Assembly: GCA_001567545.1 (NCBI GenBank)
Contig: LLZO01000003.1
Location: 1 to 45,664, forward strand
Reading direction: 5' to 3'
DNA length: 45,664 bases
Origin: Candidatus Tepidiaquacellales bacterium OLB5
GTDB taxonomy: Bacteria > Bacteroidota > Ignavibacteria > Tepidaquicellales > OLB5
Shown here: positions 43,083-45,664 of the stretch, piece after piece
Layout of the letters: every line of letters starts with the position of its first letter
How positions within the stretch are numbered: the first letter of the stretch is position 1
Notes under the pieces: model-generated
The model's database searches: none
Told to the model about the DNA's origin: nothing
What the model saw: only the letters and a program-made list of their open reading frames with translations
Made by a program: the position numbers and the translations under genes

Positions 43083-44678
43083 TCATTTTATCAAAATCAT
43101 TTTTTTGGTTTCTGTAAACCTCTCCGTTATAAGTTTATCCGAATGGATCGCAATCCGATAGAAATATATACCGCTTGAAAGATCTCCAGCATCAATAGCC
43201 ACTTCATAATAACCTGCATTCTGTTTTCTATTTACTAATCTAGTAATCTCTTTTCCCATTATATCAAAAATAAATAATTCAACATAAGAGTTATTATTAA
43301 CAATTTGATATTTAATTTTCGTCTTCGGGTTGAATGGATTAGGATAATTTTGCTCAAGTTTATTTTTGTTAGGCAAATTATTTATAATTGGTATATTTCC
43401 TACTGTTTGTGAATATTTTATTGTAATATATCCATTAATACCAGAACTATTACCTAAACCCGTTATGTATAAATTTTTTTGATTATCAACCATAACGTTG
43501 TATGATATCCCTCCTCCACCAACTTCATTTGGGTACCTCATTAACCATTGCTGTATTCCCTCCAAATTATACTTTATAGTTACAAAATCATAATCACTAA
43601 AATTACCTAAGCTTCCACCAGTAATGTAAATATTATTTAAATTATCAATTTTTAATGAAAAAGCTATATCCCCTCCATTTCCAATACCATTATACGTTTT
43701 AACCCATAGTGAATCTCCACTAGTATTATATAATATTGTTACGAAATCACCACCAGTACCTATACCTGTACTTAAACCAGTAATTACAATATTACCTAAA
43801 GAATTAATTTTTAAGTCACTCGGTCTATCTGTACCTACGCCAGGTCCATCGTAAATTTTTTCCCATAATTGATTTCCGTTTATGTCATATTTTATTGTAA
43901 GAATTTTACCGAAAAATGAACTACCGGTCACATATACGTTCTCAGTATTATCAACTCCTAGTTTTACTGCAAACTGCATATTAGTAATCAATGGATTATT
44001 TATCCATTTAAACACTGCATTTGAATCATATTTTATAGTAAACTGAGCTCCACTGCTGTTTGTTGTGTGAAGCCGGTTTCCGGTTATATATATGTTATTT
44101 TTACTGTCTAAATGCAAATCAATTACCGGGAACCGGTAATTTATTTCACTATATTTCCTTGTCCATAATGTATCGCCTGATATGTTATATTTTATTATTA
44201 AACTCTGATTACCGGATAAACCGCCTATATATATATTGCCGGCTTTATCCATTTCAATATCGCTGCATTGATCATTTAAACCTGAATCATAAATTTTTTG
44301 CCATTGTAATATACCTGCCGGATTATATTTAATTGTTATTATATCATACGGTCCAAATGATGGTCCAAAATATCCTGTAATATAAACATTGCCAACACTG
44401 TCAGCCACAACTCCAACATTTGTAGACTGAGGATATGTTCTCGTCCAGGCTGTATCTCCTGAAGAATTGTATTTTATCAATACTATAACTCCCCCGCTTG
44501 CCGCAGTATTGCCAAGTACATAACAGTTGCCAACTTTATCCAAAGCCATCTGGTTTGCTATTCCGCTGCTGCCGGCAGGGCGTTCGTATCTTGCAATCCA
44601 CTCCTGTGTTGGCTGAGCTTCCAGGTAAAAAGTAAAAAGGCAAAAGTAAAAAATTACAAATATGTATTTTCTTTTCAT
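43083..44678 (-). CDS. SBBP-repeat beta-propeller protein with T9SS CTD
   Basis: Repeated D..GNVYITG...TIKY...G...W motifs and a QNYPNPFNP tail. Confidence 0.9.
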   Translation of the reverse strand: MKRKYIFVIFYFCLFTFYLEAQPTQEWIARYERPAGSSGIANQMALDKVGNCYVLGNTAASGGVIVLIKYNSSGDTAWTRTYPQSTNVGVVADSVGNVYITGYFGPSFGPYDIITIKYNPAGILQWQKIYDSGLNDQCSDIEMDKAGNIYIGGLSGNQSLIIKYNISGDTLWTRKYSEINYRFPVIDLHLDSKNNIYITGNRLHTTNSSGAQFTIKYDSNAVFKWINNPLITNMQFAVKLGVDNTENVYVTGSSFFGKILTIKYDINGNQLWEKIYDGPGVGTDRPSDLKINSLGNIVITGLSTGIGTGGDFVTILYNTSGDSLWVKTYNGIGNGGDIAFSLKIDNLNNIYITGGSLGNFSDYDFVTIKYNLEGIQQWLMRYPNEVGGGGISYNVMVDNQKNLYITGLGNSSGINGYITIKYSQTVGNIPIINNLPNKNKLEQNYPNPFNPKTKIKYQIVNNNSYVELFIFDIMGKEITRLVNRKQNAGYYEVAIDAGDLSSGIYFYRIAIHSDKLITERFTETKKMILIK

Positions 44679-44928
44679 TACACTGTTTAATTTTAAACTA
44701 TTTTCTCTTAATCACCGGAGCAAAGGTGGTTATGGGTTGTCGTAAATATATATTTTATCAGGTCATTTGTAAAAGAATGAATAATTATTAAAAAGTCAAG
44801 GGCAATTTTGCAGTATAACGTTAAGTTATTATTAACCTTATATCATTTTTTAAATAATGAAGTTATACTTATATTTTCTTCATAGGTGTATTATTCACAG
44901 GTTTCATAATTCTTGTTTTATTTATATT

Positions 44929-45169
44929 AACCGTCTATAACTTTCCGGATTTTGTTCCTGTCAGAGCCTCTCCTCTGAATAGACCGGAATGCAAAATTAA
45001 ATTCTGGGGTGCATTGACTATGTCAATGCTTGCAGCAACTTAGTTGATGCACTCTAGAGCAGATTTTGCACCCGTACAGCTGTCCAGGTCAAAAGGACCT
45101 CCTTTTGGGGCTGGGGCGTTTCGATACCGCCTAACTGCCTAAAAGCCTGAATTTAATCAAAAAACGGTT
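44929..45169. ncRNA. Candidate structured RNA or DNA element, family and strand unresolved
   Basis: GC-rich patch closed by aaccgtct/aaacggtt, with at least five internal stems. Confidence 0.45.
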
Positions 45170-45347
45170 CCGAATAAATGACTTGACACTGCTATATACA
45201 TATATTATTTTTATATTATATGCATTAAGCATATATTTGTTCTTTGGCACATTAATAAATAAGTTGTTGGTCATAAGACCAGCAACGGGGGTAAATACTC
45301 TTAAGATGTAAATACCGGAAATAAACTCATCGTAAATCCCAAAGAAA

Positions 45348-45424
45348 GCCCTGAAAGGGCGAACTGGTATAGCGATGGGCAGAGCCCATCGGAATTTGTA
45401 AAATATTTAAAGCCCCGCAGGGGC
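45348..45424. repeat. Cluster of short REP-like palindromes
   Basis: gccctgaaagggc (45348-45360), cgatgggcagagcccatcg (45373-45391), gccccgcaggggc (45412-45424). Confidence 0.7.
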
Positions 45425-45564
45425 GAAATATGATTCATCCTATACACAAGATAGCCTGACTGACGTGTTTGTATAACGAACTATTGCTCATGTCATGTCC
45501 TTTCCTTTGGAGCCCTTTGGGCAGTCCTGTCACATTATTTATTCTTATCAAAACTTTCTTTTGT

Positions 45565-45664
45565 ATTGCCACGACCTTTAGGTCGTGGATAATTTATAAT
45601 TATGATTACGGGTTTTAACCCGCATTTAACAATTTTAATCAGGGCTTGCCGAAGGCACTCCTTC
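45565..45664. repeat. REP-like dispersed repeat, same family as 2762-2843, cut by the window end
   Basis: attgccacgacctttaggtcgtggataa, cgggttttaacccg and taatcagggcttgccgaaggcactcctt. Confidence 0.8.

Noticed and set aside
44929-44965. Similarity of minus-strand ACAAAAUCCGG...UUAUAGAC to the RNase P RNA 3' end
   Set aside because: The GAGGAAAGUCC 5' half of P4 is absent and the conserved CCGGCUUA is interrupted.
45107-45130. GGGGCTG...TTTCGA resembling a tmRNA 5' end or a tRNA T-arm
   Set aside because: No matching acceptor 3' strand, CCA end or cloverleaf was found.

Overview
AT-rich bacterial chromosome segment, most likely from the FCB group and Ignavibacteria-like (inferred from five T9SS-type C-terminal sorting domains with NYPNPFNP, TAnnTTTG-type promoters and gene content). 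Left part: a TPP-riboswitch-led thiamine operon on the minus strand (thiC, an inserted GxxExxY gene, thiO, thiS, thiG, a small secreted ORF, a tenI-like gene, thiE, thiD). It is followed by a very AT-rich accessory patch (about 7.2-9.7 kb). Then come housekeeping and envelope genes: AlbA_2/Schlafen-like, ruvX, HU, pgsA-like, three M16 peptidases, MoxR, M61 peptidase, yggX, a histidine kinase, yjbQ, NDH-2, rmuC, TPR, YqeY, lipase, TrmB, fmt, def and T9SS cargo proteins. About a dozen single-base frameshifts, mostly in homopolymers and including def, are best read as sequencing errors. Most notable unexplained signals: (1) a candidate ~330-nt structured non-coding transcript at 34.9-35.25 kb with promoter-like site, boxA-like motif, two long hairpins, a sequestered SD with a 4-codon ORF and a terminator, divergent from an uncharacterised 477-aa possible regulator; (2) a second ~240-nt structured element at 44.93-45.17 kb; (3) a TPP aptamer with an extra hairpin in J2/4 and no obvious P1; (4) inverted short-period tandem repeats that bracket whole genes (octamers around GxxExxY, heptamers around moxR); (5) a probable CTG start on the tenI-like gene; (6) an NDH-2 of eukaryote-like type. 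All structures were paired by eye; no folding or database searches were run.
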